Of a stretch of DNA of 64,000 bases, positions 48,904 to 56,929 are shown in pieces. A program made the position numbers and the translations under genes. Every line of letters begins with the position of its first letter. The first letter of the stretch is position 1. The stretch is from a phage. Where the stretch lies: sequence record NC_100372.1; one strand, written 5' to 3'. The notes under the pieces were generated by a model that did no database searches, had not been told where the DNA came from, and saw nothing but the letters and a program-made list of their open reading frames with translations.

Positions 48904-49101
48904 TTACGCAGGAATTGCTTCAAACAGGCCGTTATCGATACCATCCTTCAAGTAAAGATTATACTCTATGTCAGTATCTGTGTAAAGGGCAGCATCTAGC
49001 ATTCTATCTGTGAGTCCATCCATTGGGTGGAGAAACCACCACCCACGCCAGTCAAAGTAACAACCTGGTGCATCTTCTCTCACACGGATTCGATAAATCA
49101 T
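48904..49101 (-). CDS. Hypothetical protein
   Basis: CAGGAGG SD. Confidence 0.6.
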   Translation of the reverse strand: MIYRIRVREDAPGCYFDWRGWWFLHPMDGLTDRMLDAALYTDTDIEYNLYLKDGIDNGLFEAIPA

Positions 49102-49197
49102 GGGCAGTGGCCTCCTGTTAGTTACACATCCCAGTTTTCTTCGTTCATCACATCCTCCAGCTCAACAAGGTTATAATTGCACACCTTACAACCCGTG

Positions 49198-49614
49198 TCA
49201 ACAGAAAACTTCAACAAATTCTTCCACAGTTTTAATGTCATGGGAAAAAGGTTTGCGGCTATAACGGGCAATAGCACTGTCAACCACCGCCCGGTACTCC
49301 AAATCTTCAGAATATTTCATGAAGCATTGCAACGTCTCTGGACAGATAGCCAGATAGCTCCACCACCCCTCTTCAGATTGGTAGTCAAATCCCATACTCT
49401 CTAGCCACGAAGCGTATACACCTGCACCTTCCAGCCAGTGAGTATTTTCATCAAGAAACTTGTTCACAGTCATGTGAGCTTCTAAGCATTTATCCAGCTC
49501 TTTTCCGTTAACCAGCCACGCACTGACAGTGGCGCATCCAAGATCCACAGATTGAGCTGATAGATTGTATTGGTCATAGTTCTCAGGTTTAACAATGATA
49601 TCTTCTAATGTCAT
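49198..49614 (-). CDS. Hypothetical protein
   Basis: AGAGGA SD. Confidence 0.65.
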   Translation of the reverse strand: MTLEDIIVKPENYDQYNLSAQSVDLGCATVSAWLVNGKELDKCLEAHMTVNKFLDENTHWLEGAGVYASWLESMGFDYQSEEGWWSYLAICPETLQCFMKYSEDLEYRAVVDSAIARYSRKPFSHDIKTVEEFVEVFC

Positions 49615-49676
49615 TTTTCAGTCCTCTATATACAAAAATGCCCCACCCTTTCGGGTAGGGCTATGTTAACTAGATG

Positions 49677-50903
49677 TTAAAAAGGTATGTCATCATCAAA
49701 GGCGTACTGTGCCGGATTCTGATCCATCGGGTCGTCTTCCGCATCATCTACAGGAGGAGCGTCTACAGTGTTTTGCTGTGGGGCGGCTTCCTGTTTGGCA
49801 GCTTGAGGCTCTTGATGGTCAGTGGCTCCAGCACCGTTCTTGATCCAATCATACAACGGTTCAGCAAGATTAGTCAAGACATCTTTTGCCTCTGCAGTAA
49901 TTGCTACTGCAAAATCATCAACTTTCGTTTTCTTGTCAATACGGCGACAAGCGTTCAATACCGCATTACCAACACTGGCACCTACTTCATCTTCAGTTCG
50001 GTTAGTGGCTTGAGCGTACTCTTTCTTAAGCTCGATGGTGACCACGTGCAGTGTTTTAGCCACATCTAAAGGGCTGTCAATCTTAAACCCGCGATCCAGG
50101 ATGATCTGCAATGCATTGATACTGTGCCCTGTCTCTACACCGATGGGGTCGTAAGAGGATTTACGCTTACCACCAGAACCTTGTGTACCGTTCTCTGCTT
50201 TAGGCGGGTAGGCCTTGAAGCCGCTGATAATATTCCCGGTGTCTTTGTCAACAATAGCTGCAACACGACCACCTACCACCAGGTCTTTAAGCTGCTCATC
50301 AGAGACAACCATAGCACCTTCACCAATCTTGTGATCATTGACAGTAACCACGTTGCCAACAATCTGAGTCACATCGCCATAGATGCGTAAAACGTCCTGA
50401 TTGGCATTCTGCTGAGGTTTCTGCTTCTGGCCTTGTGATTGTGCACCTTGTTGCTGTTTTTGCTGCTGAGTCGCTGCTGGAGCCTCTCCTGCACCCAGCT
50501 TGACCATCTTAGCCAGGGAGCCTTTGTAATAGGTCTTACCGTTATGCTCGTTTGCCTTCAAAGGGATATTTACGATCCATCCTGGCGTTACAGTTTCCCA
50601 CTTGTCATCAATTTTAACAGAGACAGAGTCTTGATGACCCGGTTTAAGCAGCTTATCACCCATACTGATCCAAACTTCTTCACCACCTTGAAGCAGGTTA
50701 TCAGAGGAATCCAGTTCAGAAATCAGTAAAGAGATGGTGTGGCTGGATTCAATTTTCTTACCTTGCCACACAGTGGTTTTAATACCTGTTGTAGGATCAG
50801 CACCTTTGATAGGCTTGATGCTGACACGTTTAATCATGCCGTGAGCCAGTAAAACAGTTTCACGCGGATTCATCGGGTTAGCGAATTGTTGAATAACGCT
50901 CAT
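49677..50903 (-). CDS. SSB-like protein carrying the bacterial SSB C-terminal tip (...FDDDIPF)
   Basis: Last 7 residues FDDDIPF equal the E. coli SSB acidic tip. Q/G-rich low-complexity linker. Placed in the replication module. The OB fold was not verified. Confidence 0.65.
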   Translation of the reverse strand: MSVIQQFANPMNPRETVLLAHGMIKRVSIKPIKGADPTTGIKTTVWQGKKIESSHTISLLISELDSSDNLLQGGEEVWISMGDKLLKPGHQDSVSVKIDDKWETVTPGWIVNIPLKANEHNGKTYYKGSLAKMVKLGAGEAPAATQQQKQQQGAQSQGQKQKPQQNANQDVLRIYGDVTQIVGNVVTVNDHKIGEGAMVVSDEQLKDLVVGGRVAAIVDKDTGNIISGFKAYPPKAENGTQGSGGKRKSSYDPIGVETGHSINALQIILDRGFKIDSPLDVAKTLHVVTIELKKEYAQATNRTEDEVGASVGNAVLNACRRIDKKTKVDDFAVAITAEAKDVLTNLAEPLYDWIKNGAGATDHQEPQAAKQEAAPQQNTVDAPPVDDAEDDPMDQNPAQYAFDDDIPF

Positions 50904-51268
50904 TATTTATCTCCTTGTTCTTCGTTAGTGTTTGCCGTGTGTGCAAACCCTGCTTGAATTAATTTGTCCTGAACTTGAGCCAACAGGCCCATTGCAAAAC
51001 TTGTGGTCCCAGAGAGGGCCATCAGCATATCTCGTTGTTGAGCTACCCAACCTAAGGCATAGTCCAAACGACGATATTTTTCTTCTTCACGCAGAGCCTG
51101 GAATAATTGTTCAGCCTCTGGCTGTTGTGTAAGCTCCTGAAGTCTTCCCATGAAAGAAGAAAGCACTAGCAGAAGAGACACTTGATCTTTACTTAACCCT
51201 AAGAAAAATTCTTGAGGTTGTTCTTGCTCGTTCATCGCAACCGACGCTTGATCGTTCATTTGTTCCAT
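50903..51268 (-). CDS. Hypothetical protein
   Basis: ATG 51268 after CGGAGA. Confidence 0.55.
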   Translation of the reverse strand: MEQMNDQASVAMNEQEQPQEFFLGLSKDQVSLLLVLSSFMGRLQELTQQPEAEQLFQALREEEKYRRLDYALGWVAQQRDMLMALSGTTSFAMGLLAQVQDKLIQAGFAHTANTNEEQGDK

Positions 51269-51351
51269 TATGGAATCTCCGATTTTATTTGAACAACATA
51301 GAAGGAGACACCATTTTAGCATCTCCTTCTGCAAATTACAACAGGTATTTG

Positions 51352-51597
51352 TTAGCCAATTACTTCGAAAGTACCCCAACTCCCGTTCAGCAGGCAGGTG
51401 ATCGGATCACCATCATCGTCAATTATTTCAAAGTTTTCAACATCCAGAATATGGTCATCGAACACAATGCTCTTATCGCCACCACCAGAAATAACAGCGT
51501 ATTCCTTACCTTGTGTTAGGTTCTGGCAACCTTTGCCGCCGAAACCAACTTCAACACAACGTACTTTCTGTCCTGCGCGAGCAACTACTCCAGCCAT
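51352..51597 (-). CDS. Small protein, G(K/E)xY...DD.G paralogue family
   Basis: LTQGKEYAVISGGGDKSIVFDDHILD...DDDGDPITC. Confidence 0.6.
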   Translation of the reverse strand: MAGVVARAGQKVRCVEVGFGGKGCQNLTQGKEYAVISGGGDKSIVFDDHILDVENFEIIDDDGDPITCLLNGSWGTFEVIG

Positions 51598-51614
51598 CTT
51601 AAGGTCTCCTGATA

Positions 51615-51917
51615 TTAATCGTCAAGTTCAAAATAGATTTTAACAGCTTCATCAAAGATTGGAATCCCGATGTTGTTGATAAGCTGCCAAACTACCATAT
51701 CTTTTCCTGGATCTGGGAGAATGTCAACCTTTCTCCATGCGCTGTATATCCAGTTCGGACCGCCTTCTGCACTAACTGGTAGATTTTCACCAGCTTCTTG
51801 TAAATACTTATACAGCAAAAGGTATTCTGGGTACTCTAGAACACTGTCCTCTGTAGTATATAGCAGTTCACGGTATACTTTCAAGAATCCTGTTGGGTTG
51901 ATGTTTTCAGTCTTCAT
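51615..51917 (-). CDS. Hypothetical protein
   Basis: ATG 51917, 9 nt after GGAG (alternative start 51935). Confidence 0.55.
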   Translation of the reverse strand: MKTENINPTGFLKVYRELLYTTEDSVLEYPEYLLLYKYLQEAGENLPVSAEGGPNWIYSAWRKVDILPDPGKDMVVWQLINNIGIPIFDEAVKIYFELDD

Positions 51918-52311
51918 TTGCTGCTTCTCCTGCATTCATCAGATCTGCCATAGCGTCACCAACGAAGAGGACAACCACGTCGTTGACAGCGTCAGCATCA
52001 TCTTTATTGATGTTGCTGAATTTGGGGCACACTGCAATGACCATATAGACCCCGTTGCCCAACTGAACAGTGCGTGTAGTGCACATTAGTGTGGTGCTTG
52101 TGCCTTCTTTAAAGGCAAATCCTTGCAGACGTTCTTCCAGAGAGTCACCTGTGGATTTCAACAAGGCAAGATCGCCCAATGCGTAGGTAGTGTCCTCATA
52201 GGTCAGTCCAGAGGTCAATGTTGCCTTTCCATCAGAAACTATAATAACCCCATCGGCACCGTCAAGCTCAGAGGCTTCAAAGATATTAATATCCCAAATG
52301 TTTTTCATCAC
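51907..52311 (-). CDS. Hypothetical protein
   Basis: ATGA overlap with the upstream gene. Confidence 0.6.
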   Translation of the reverse strand: MMKNIWDINIFEASELDGADGVIIVSDGKATLTSGLTYEDTTYALGDLALLKSTGDSLEERLQGFAFKEGTSTTLMCTTRTVQLGNGVYMVIAVCPKFSNINKDDADAVNDVVVLFVGDAMADLMNAGEAANED

Positions 52312-52568
52312 GCTTCCTCGTCATCTAATGAGTTGAAGATTTCACCGAAGTATTCTAAGACTTCCAGCTCACGGGTGGTGCAGAAAACACAGTCCCCGTT
52401 GTCATCTTCGATAACGGCCTCTTTACCAAGAACATCCACTTCAAATTCGTCGTTTAACAGAACGGAACCTGTGTAAACTTTATCTGCCGTGCAGTCCCGA
52501 AAAGCAGAGTCCTTCTCCAAGTAGTCTGGCTTAACCTTGGCTTTAATTCGTTGATATTGTTTGGTCAT
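52308..52568 (-). CDS. Small acidic protein, paralogue of 52632..52886
   Basis: KVKPDYLEKDSAFRDCTADKVY...EDDNGDCVFCT vs LKPECVANDRAFKDCTIGTVY...KDDEGDSVWCT. ATG 52568 lies downstream of the promoter at 52600-52628. Confidence 0.6.
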   Translation of the reverse strand: MTKQYQRIKAKVKPDYLEKDSAFRDCTADKVYTGSVLLNDEFEVDVLGKEAVIEDDNGDCVFCTTRELEVLEYFGEIFNSLDDEEA

Positions 52569-52599
52569 TGCTGTGGTCCCCTTTCGTTTTGATAGGGCC

Positions 52600-52628
52600 A
52601 TTATATTAGGCCCTATCGCTATTGTCAA
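52600..52628 (-). promoter_or_regulatory. Consensus sigma70 promoter with a palindrome across the -10
   Basis: On the - strand: TTGACA(52628-52623), 17 nt spacer, TATAAT(52605-52600). ATAGGGCC-TAATATAA-TGGCCCTAT. Confidence 0.8.
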
Positions 52629-52631
52629 GTA

Positions 52632-52886
52632 TTAATGCTCAGGTTTTACAAAAACTACTTCGTTAACAGTGCACCAGACAGAATCTCCTTCATCATCTTT
52701 AAAGGTAAGACACTGGGCTGAGTTTTCCAACTCATCGAGCTCTTCTTGTGATAAATAGGTCCCTTCTTCCAGAAGAGCTTTTACCAGAGGGTTCTCACAA
52801 AACTCTGCTTCATAAACTGTACCGATTGTGCAATCTTTAAAAGCTCGGTCATTTGCAACGCACTCTGGCTTCAAAGTGATTTTCAT
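52632..52886 (-). CDS. Small acidic protein, paralogue of 52308..52568
   Basis: GAGGAG SD. See the paralogue motif. Confidence 0.65.
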   Translation of the reverse strand: MKITLKPECVANDRAFKDCTIGTVYEAEFCENPLVKALLEEGTYLSQEELDELENSAQCLTFKDDEGDSVWCTVNEVVFVKPEH

Positions 52887-52962
52887 TTTAGCAGTCTCCT
52901 CAATTATTTAAAAATCAACTCTCTGTTTGTGTGGAGCATCTTATATCCAATCTTACTTCTTG

Positions 52963-53334
52963 TCAATGACTATTTTCAATCATCCACACAGGGTCGAGGT
53001 AAATTTGTTGGCGTTTTGCCCAATGACAAACTTCATTGTACATCTGAATCTCTTTGTCTGTCAATTCACGAATAGGCTCATCTATACCCTCATTTTTGTG
53101 GTAATCCCAGTCGGCATCGATTTCCCACAACCATGACTTACGATCTTCACGCTTACGCACACAAAAGTCCCCAGGACGGCCTGCCAGTGCATTTAAGAAC
53201 TCGTTCTCCGCTCGCTCCTGAAGAATACTAAGGAGCAAAACGTTGGAGCATGACCGTAAAATATGCTTCAGCTCACAATCATCAATCTCAACTTCAATAC
53301 GTTGCTTGACTGTGTGGGTACCTTTTACTAACAT
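52963..53334 (-). CDS. Hypothetical protein
   Basis: ATG 53334 after GAGGAGG. Confidence 0.6.
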   Translation of the reverse strand: MLVKGTHTVKQRIEVEIDDCELKHILRSCSNVLLLSILQERAENEFLNALAGRPGDFCVRKREDRKSWLWEIDADWDYHKNEGIDEPIRELTDKEIQMYNEVCHWAKRQQIYLDPVWMIENSH

Positions 53335-53344
53335 TCTACCTCCT

Positions 53345-53539
53345 CTATACAAACTCTGCAAGGGTTGTGTTGTTCACCGCACCACAGTAGATGGAATATC
53401 CCAACCCATTATGGTGCAGAAACCACGGCACACCTTGGTCATCCTTCACGTATACATCTCCATTTTCCGTGAAGGGCCAATACTCTTCCCCAAGGGTAAA
53501 ATACCTACTCATACCTTCAGCCAGATACTTTACTTTCAT
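53345..53539 (-). CDS. Small protein, G(K/E)xY...DD.G..W(F/Y)(L/I) family
   Basis: FTLGEEYWPFTENGDVYVKDDQGVPWFLHH. Confidence 0.6.
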   Translation of the reverse strand: MKVKYLAEGMSRYFTLGEEYWPFTENGDVYVKDDQGVPWFLHHNGLGYSIYCGAVNNTTLAEFV

Positions 53540-53763
53540 AGATCCTCTTCAACAACTACAAACTTGGCAAGTAGGGTGGTCCCATAGATATGATACTCAC
53601 CATTTGCCAGATGGGAGATATACCAGGAGATACCGTCCTCGTCTTCGATCATATTGTTCCTGCGATCCTTATCGTAATAAACCTTGTAGACCTTACCTTC
53701 TTCAAAGAATGACAGGTCTGTCATCTTTTCTTCTACAAATGTAGCTTTAACCAAAGTTGTCAT
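53536..53763 (-). CDS. Small protein, same family
   Basis: FEEGKVYKVYYDKDRRNNMIEDEDGISWYISH. Confidence 0.6.
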   Translation of the reverse strand: MTTLVKATFVEEKMTDLSFFEEGKVYKVYYDKDRRNNMIEDEDGISWYISHLANGEYHIYGTTLLAKFVVVEEDL

Positions 53764-54044
53764 TGATCTGTCTCCTTCTTGTTGAGCCGGAACACTGCAA
53801 TAATAGCATTTCCAAGATGCAGTGTCAAATCATTCCCCAGATACCATAACATTCCACGGTCATCTTTGATGAAAGGATAACAATCCGGTGCTTTCCAGAC
53901 ATTATACACTTTGCCGACCTGAAAGAAATCAGGCCCTGTTGGAATTTTAGTACCGGGCCACACTTGAGACACCTGAACGCACTCTACCTGCATAATGACA
54001 GGGATAGTCATAGAAGTAAATGTTTTTGTTGGTTCTACTACCAT
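53760..54044 (-). CDS. Small protein, same family
   Basis: FQVGKVYNVWKAPDCYPFIKDDRGMLWYLGN. ATG 54044 after GAGAGGAG (the track start 54134 would overlap the polymerase gene). Confidence 0.6.
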   Translation of the reverse strand: MVVEPTKTFTSMTIPVIMQVECVQVSQVWPGTKIPTGPDFFQVGKVYNVWKAPDCYPFIKDDRGMLWYLGNDLTLHLGNAIIAVFRLNKKETDQ

Positions 54045-54093
54045 AAAAGTCTCCTCTCTGTCTAACAACACTTCCGTGTGTTGATAGTTTACA

Positions 54094-56871
54094 TTAGTGA
54101 CAATCGCCCCAGTTACGACCGCACAAGTATTCACCTGTGATCTGGAACGGAACGCCCATCATTTTAGAAGCCTGCCAGAAGCAATGCACCACCATTTCGC
54201 CCACAGGGCTCCAGATAAGTTCAAGCTTTCCGTCATCGTTCAAGATAGGATCGTATACCGTATTTCCGTCCTTGTCAACCACTTCGTTTCCGTCCTCATT
54301 TTTGCGTGCCTTTTTGTACTTATGACCGTCGAACACATGAAGTTTAGCCTCTTGTTGGGCTTTAAATGTTTCCAGCTCTTCAATTGTGTCGAAGGTGTAT
54401 ACAGTTTTATACTTAGGGGTGTCAGGCACTTGAAGCTGATATTCGTCATGGTAATAAATAATACGACGAACACCTTCATCATACCATCCACGCTTCACCA
54501 TTTGGTGGTGCATGAGGATTCCGACCAAGTCGCACAACGATGCACCGCCATTTTGCTGATATGCATTAAGCAAAGAGTGTTTAGAGCGGGTCCAAATGGC
54601 ATGCCCGTCAAAAGAGTAGATAAATTTCTTACCTGTTGCTTCCCAGAATTTCTCCAGATCCTCTTTGCGCCCCTTAAGACCTGGGTTGGCATCCCAGAGA
54701 GCATCAATTACTCTCTGCCCCAGTTCTGGAGAGATATCCAGCATATCTGCAACTTTATCTTTTTGTGCCCCATACATAACCCCATACGTGATAGGTTTAC
54801 CATCGTTACGAGACACCTCTCTACCTGCTACTTTTGTATATGCCTCAGCATTGTTTTGGTGCGCGTCCCCGTTACTTACAACATCATAATACAGACCGTT
54901 GTCAAACTCAAAGGCACCCCAGGCCCCGATGAGCTGCTCTAAGTTGGACCCGTCAATACCGATCTCAAAGTATCCAGGAGGAACACCCCACAGACTACGC
55001 ATCTCTTTACCCATAACCACTTTAGGAGATGGTTTAGGCATGTTTGCACAAATACTATGTTTCTGTCTGGAAGTGTTTGTTAATCCAGAACTTTTAGCAG
55101 GAAGCTTGTGGTCAATCTTCAAACGTGGATGATTAAGAAGACCAGTATCTACCTTATCTTCCTTGATTGGATCAAGGACCGATCTGCGGTTTCGCAATGA
55201 TAACCACAAAACGATATCTTTAGCCATCTCTCCGTTCAATTTTTCAAGATTCGGGCACAGGTGTCCAAACGTATCTTTCAGTTGCGGAGAAGTAATAAGC
55301 GCTCTGGCTTTTCTACGTATCTTCCCAAACACTTCCTTTTTAATCCTTTCTGAGTTAGGGAAGCTTCGGAACTTGTGCACGGTTGTCTGGAACTTAGCAT
55401 CGGTTTTGTTCCAGAAGTTGATAATCAGGTCACAATACTCTGACTCTAAAAGCTCGTCCATATATGCATATACTCGTGCATCAACATCTGCATCAGGTAG
55501 AGCTTTCTTCTTGCTGTCTTTAGTTACATCCTTAGTTCTCCACATTGTCGGAAGCCAACCAGCACTGATCAGGTATCGCTTAATGTCGTCCTGGTTGCTG
55601 ATTTTCATAGGTATCTTGCAGTCCGGCATTCGCTTCTGCTGTAGATCACTTATTGCCTGATCCATTAGCTCTTTAGGTAAAGGTTGTGGTGTGGAGGTGC
55701 CCTTAATATAGCCTCTCAAGAAATCAGCCATCTTATCGGGGTCTTTGCAGCCCATCTCTTCACACCATTTTATCCCCATCTTGCTGACATCTCCTGTGGA
55801 GGTAAATGCTCGCTTAGGCGGGGCTTTGAACTCTAAAGCGCTCATGTCCACAGGATAGCCAAGCTTATCTTTTAACCATTTCCAACCATTATTGGAGATT
55901 GTCCCATCTTGGTTAAACGGCTTTTCAGGGAACTTGGGCCGCTGAGACATTGACAACTCTTTTAAAGGAAGTTGAGGTTCAACACGATCAGCGATCTCTT
56001 TCATCCACGCATCGCAACGGTCCCGTAAAGCAATAGCCCCATCTATGTCGAAATACACCCCCTGTCGAGCCTGCAGCTCCATCAGAAAGTGCTGTAACAT
56101 GCCTCGGCGTAATGCGTTCTTCCAGGTGATTTTCTTGAAGCCTTTCGGCTTCTCTTTGGCAGGATCGTACATAAAGTTCTGCATGTCAGATTTGCCGTAG
56201 AATACACCTTTTGATTCCGCTACCAACTCCTTCCAGAGCAACTCCTGGATGATAACGTCCTCGAACACACGATCCACATACTTCCACAGAGGAAGCTCAC
56301 GCCAGTCATCGATTTGAACTTTCTGGTTACCAAGGGCATAGCCCCATGCCATAAGGCCATGAGGTCCAACAGGTTGCATTTTCTTGGTAACTGGATTAAA
56401 TACTGCGTCCGGACAACCTTTTGGCAAAGGGCGGTCAGGCCACAAGATTCGACTCATTGCTAACGTATCGAACAGATTAACCTGGTGGTCGTTGATAGTC
56501 CCCATGCATTTAGGATCACGGAACATATCAAAATGAATACCGGATAATCTCTCCATCAGCATAAAGTCGTAGCTGTAGCAGTTATGACAGTTCAAAGCTG
56601 TAGGTGACCAGTCTGAGTTGCCTGTAAGCCAGCCTTCCAACTCTGAAAAATCTGCTATGCGAGCCTCAAAATCTGTATAAAGGGTCTTCTTTGCCAGAAT
56701 GAAGTTCTTAGCTTTCTCCACATCCTCTTCAGAGTAGTGTGTGCGGTCATTTAGAGGAAGGAACAGCATAAAACGGTTCTTATTCAGCTCTTTAAACAAA
56801 CCGCAGTGATAATAAAGATCTGGGTCTTCCAGCAGGCCAGAGGCCTCAAAATCGAACGACCACATGCTCAT
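54094..56871 (-). CDS. DNA polymerase, family A (with 3'-5' exonuclease domain)
   Basis: Exo I FDFEASG, Exo II NCYSYDFMLM. Pol motif A IGIDGSNLEQLI, motif B RNDGKPITYGVMYGAQ, motif C YYHDEYQLQV. Confidence 0.93.
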   Translation of the reverse strand: MSMWSFDFEASGLLEDPDLYYHCGLFKELNKNRFMLFLPLNDRTHYSEEDVEKAKNFILAKKTLYTDFEARIADFSELEGWLTGNSDWSPTALNCHNCYSYDFMLMERLSGIHFDMFRDPKCMGTINDHQVNLFDTLAMSRILWPDRPLPKGCPDAVFNPVTKKMQPVGPHGLMAWGYALGNQKVQIDDWRELPLWKYVDRVFEDVIIQELLWKELVAESKGVFYGKSDMQNFMYDPAKEKPKGFKKITWKNALRRGMLQHFLMELQARQGVYFDIDGAIALRDRCDAWMKEIADRVEPQLPLKELSMSQRPKFPEKPFNQDGTISNNGWKWLKDKLGYPVDMSALEFKAPPKRAFTSTGDVSKMGIKWCEEMGCKDPDKMADFLRGYIKGTSTPQPLPKELMDQAISDLQQKRMPDCKIPMKISNQDDIKRYLISAGWLPTMWRTKDVTKDSKKKALPDADVDARVYAYMDELLESEYCDLIINFWNKTDAKFQTTVHKFRSFPNSERIKKEVFGKIRRKARALITSPQLKDTFGHLCPNLEKLNGEMAKDIVLWLSLRNRRSVLDPIKEDKVDTGLLNHPRLKIDHKLPAKSSGLTNTSRQKHSICANMPKPSPKVVMGKEMRSLWGVPPGYFEIGIDGSNLEQLIGAWGAFEFDNGLYYDVVSNGDAHQNNAEAYTKVAGREVSRNDGKPITYGVMYGAQKDKVADMLDISPELGQRVIDALWDANPGLKGRKEDLEKFWEATGKKFIYSFDGHAIWTRSKHSLLNAYQQNGGASLCDLVGILMHHQMVKRGWYDEGVRRIIYYHDEYQLQVPDTPKYKTVYTFDTIEELETFKAQQEAKLHVFDGHKYKKARKNEDGNEVVDKDGNTVYDPILNDDGKLELIWSPVGEMVVHCFWQASKMMGVPFQITGEYLCGRNWGDCH

Positions 56872-56929
56872 ATACAGTTCTCCTTAAAGGGGAGGCGGTT
56901 GTACTACCCCTCCCACTCTTGGTTAAACA

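Noticed and set aside
54097-54942. 281-aa + strand ORF, plus many other 60-170 aa ORFs antisense to the DNA polymerase, primase-helicase, helicase, nrdA and nrdD genes.
   Set aside because: They lie entirely inside long, motif-supported genes on the opposite strand. They have no SD sites and show low-complexity, rare-codon composition, so they are most likely shadow ORFs.
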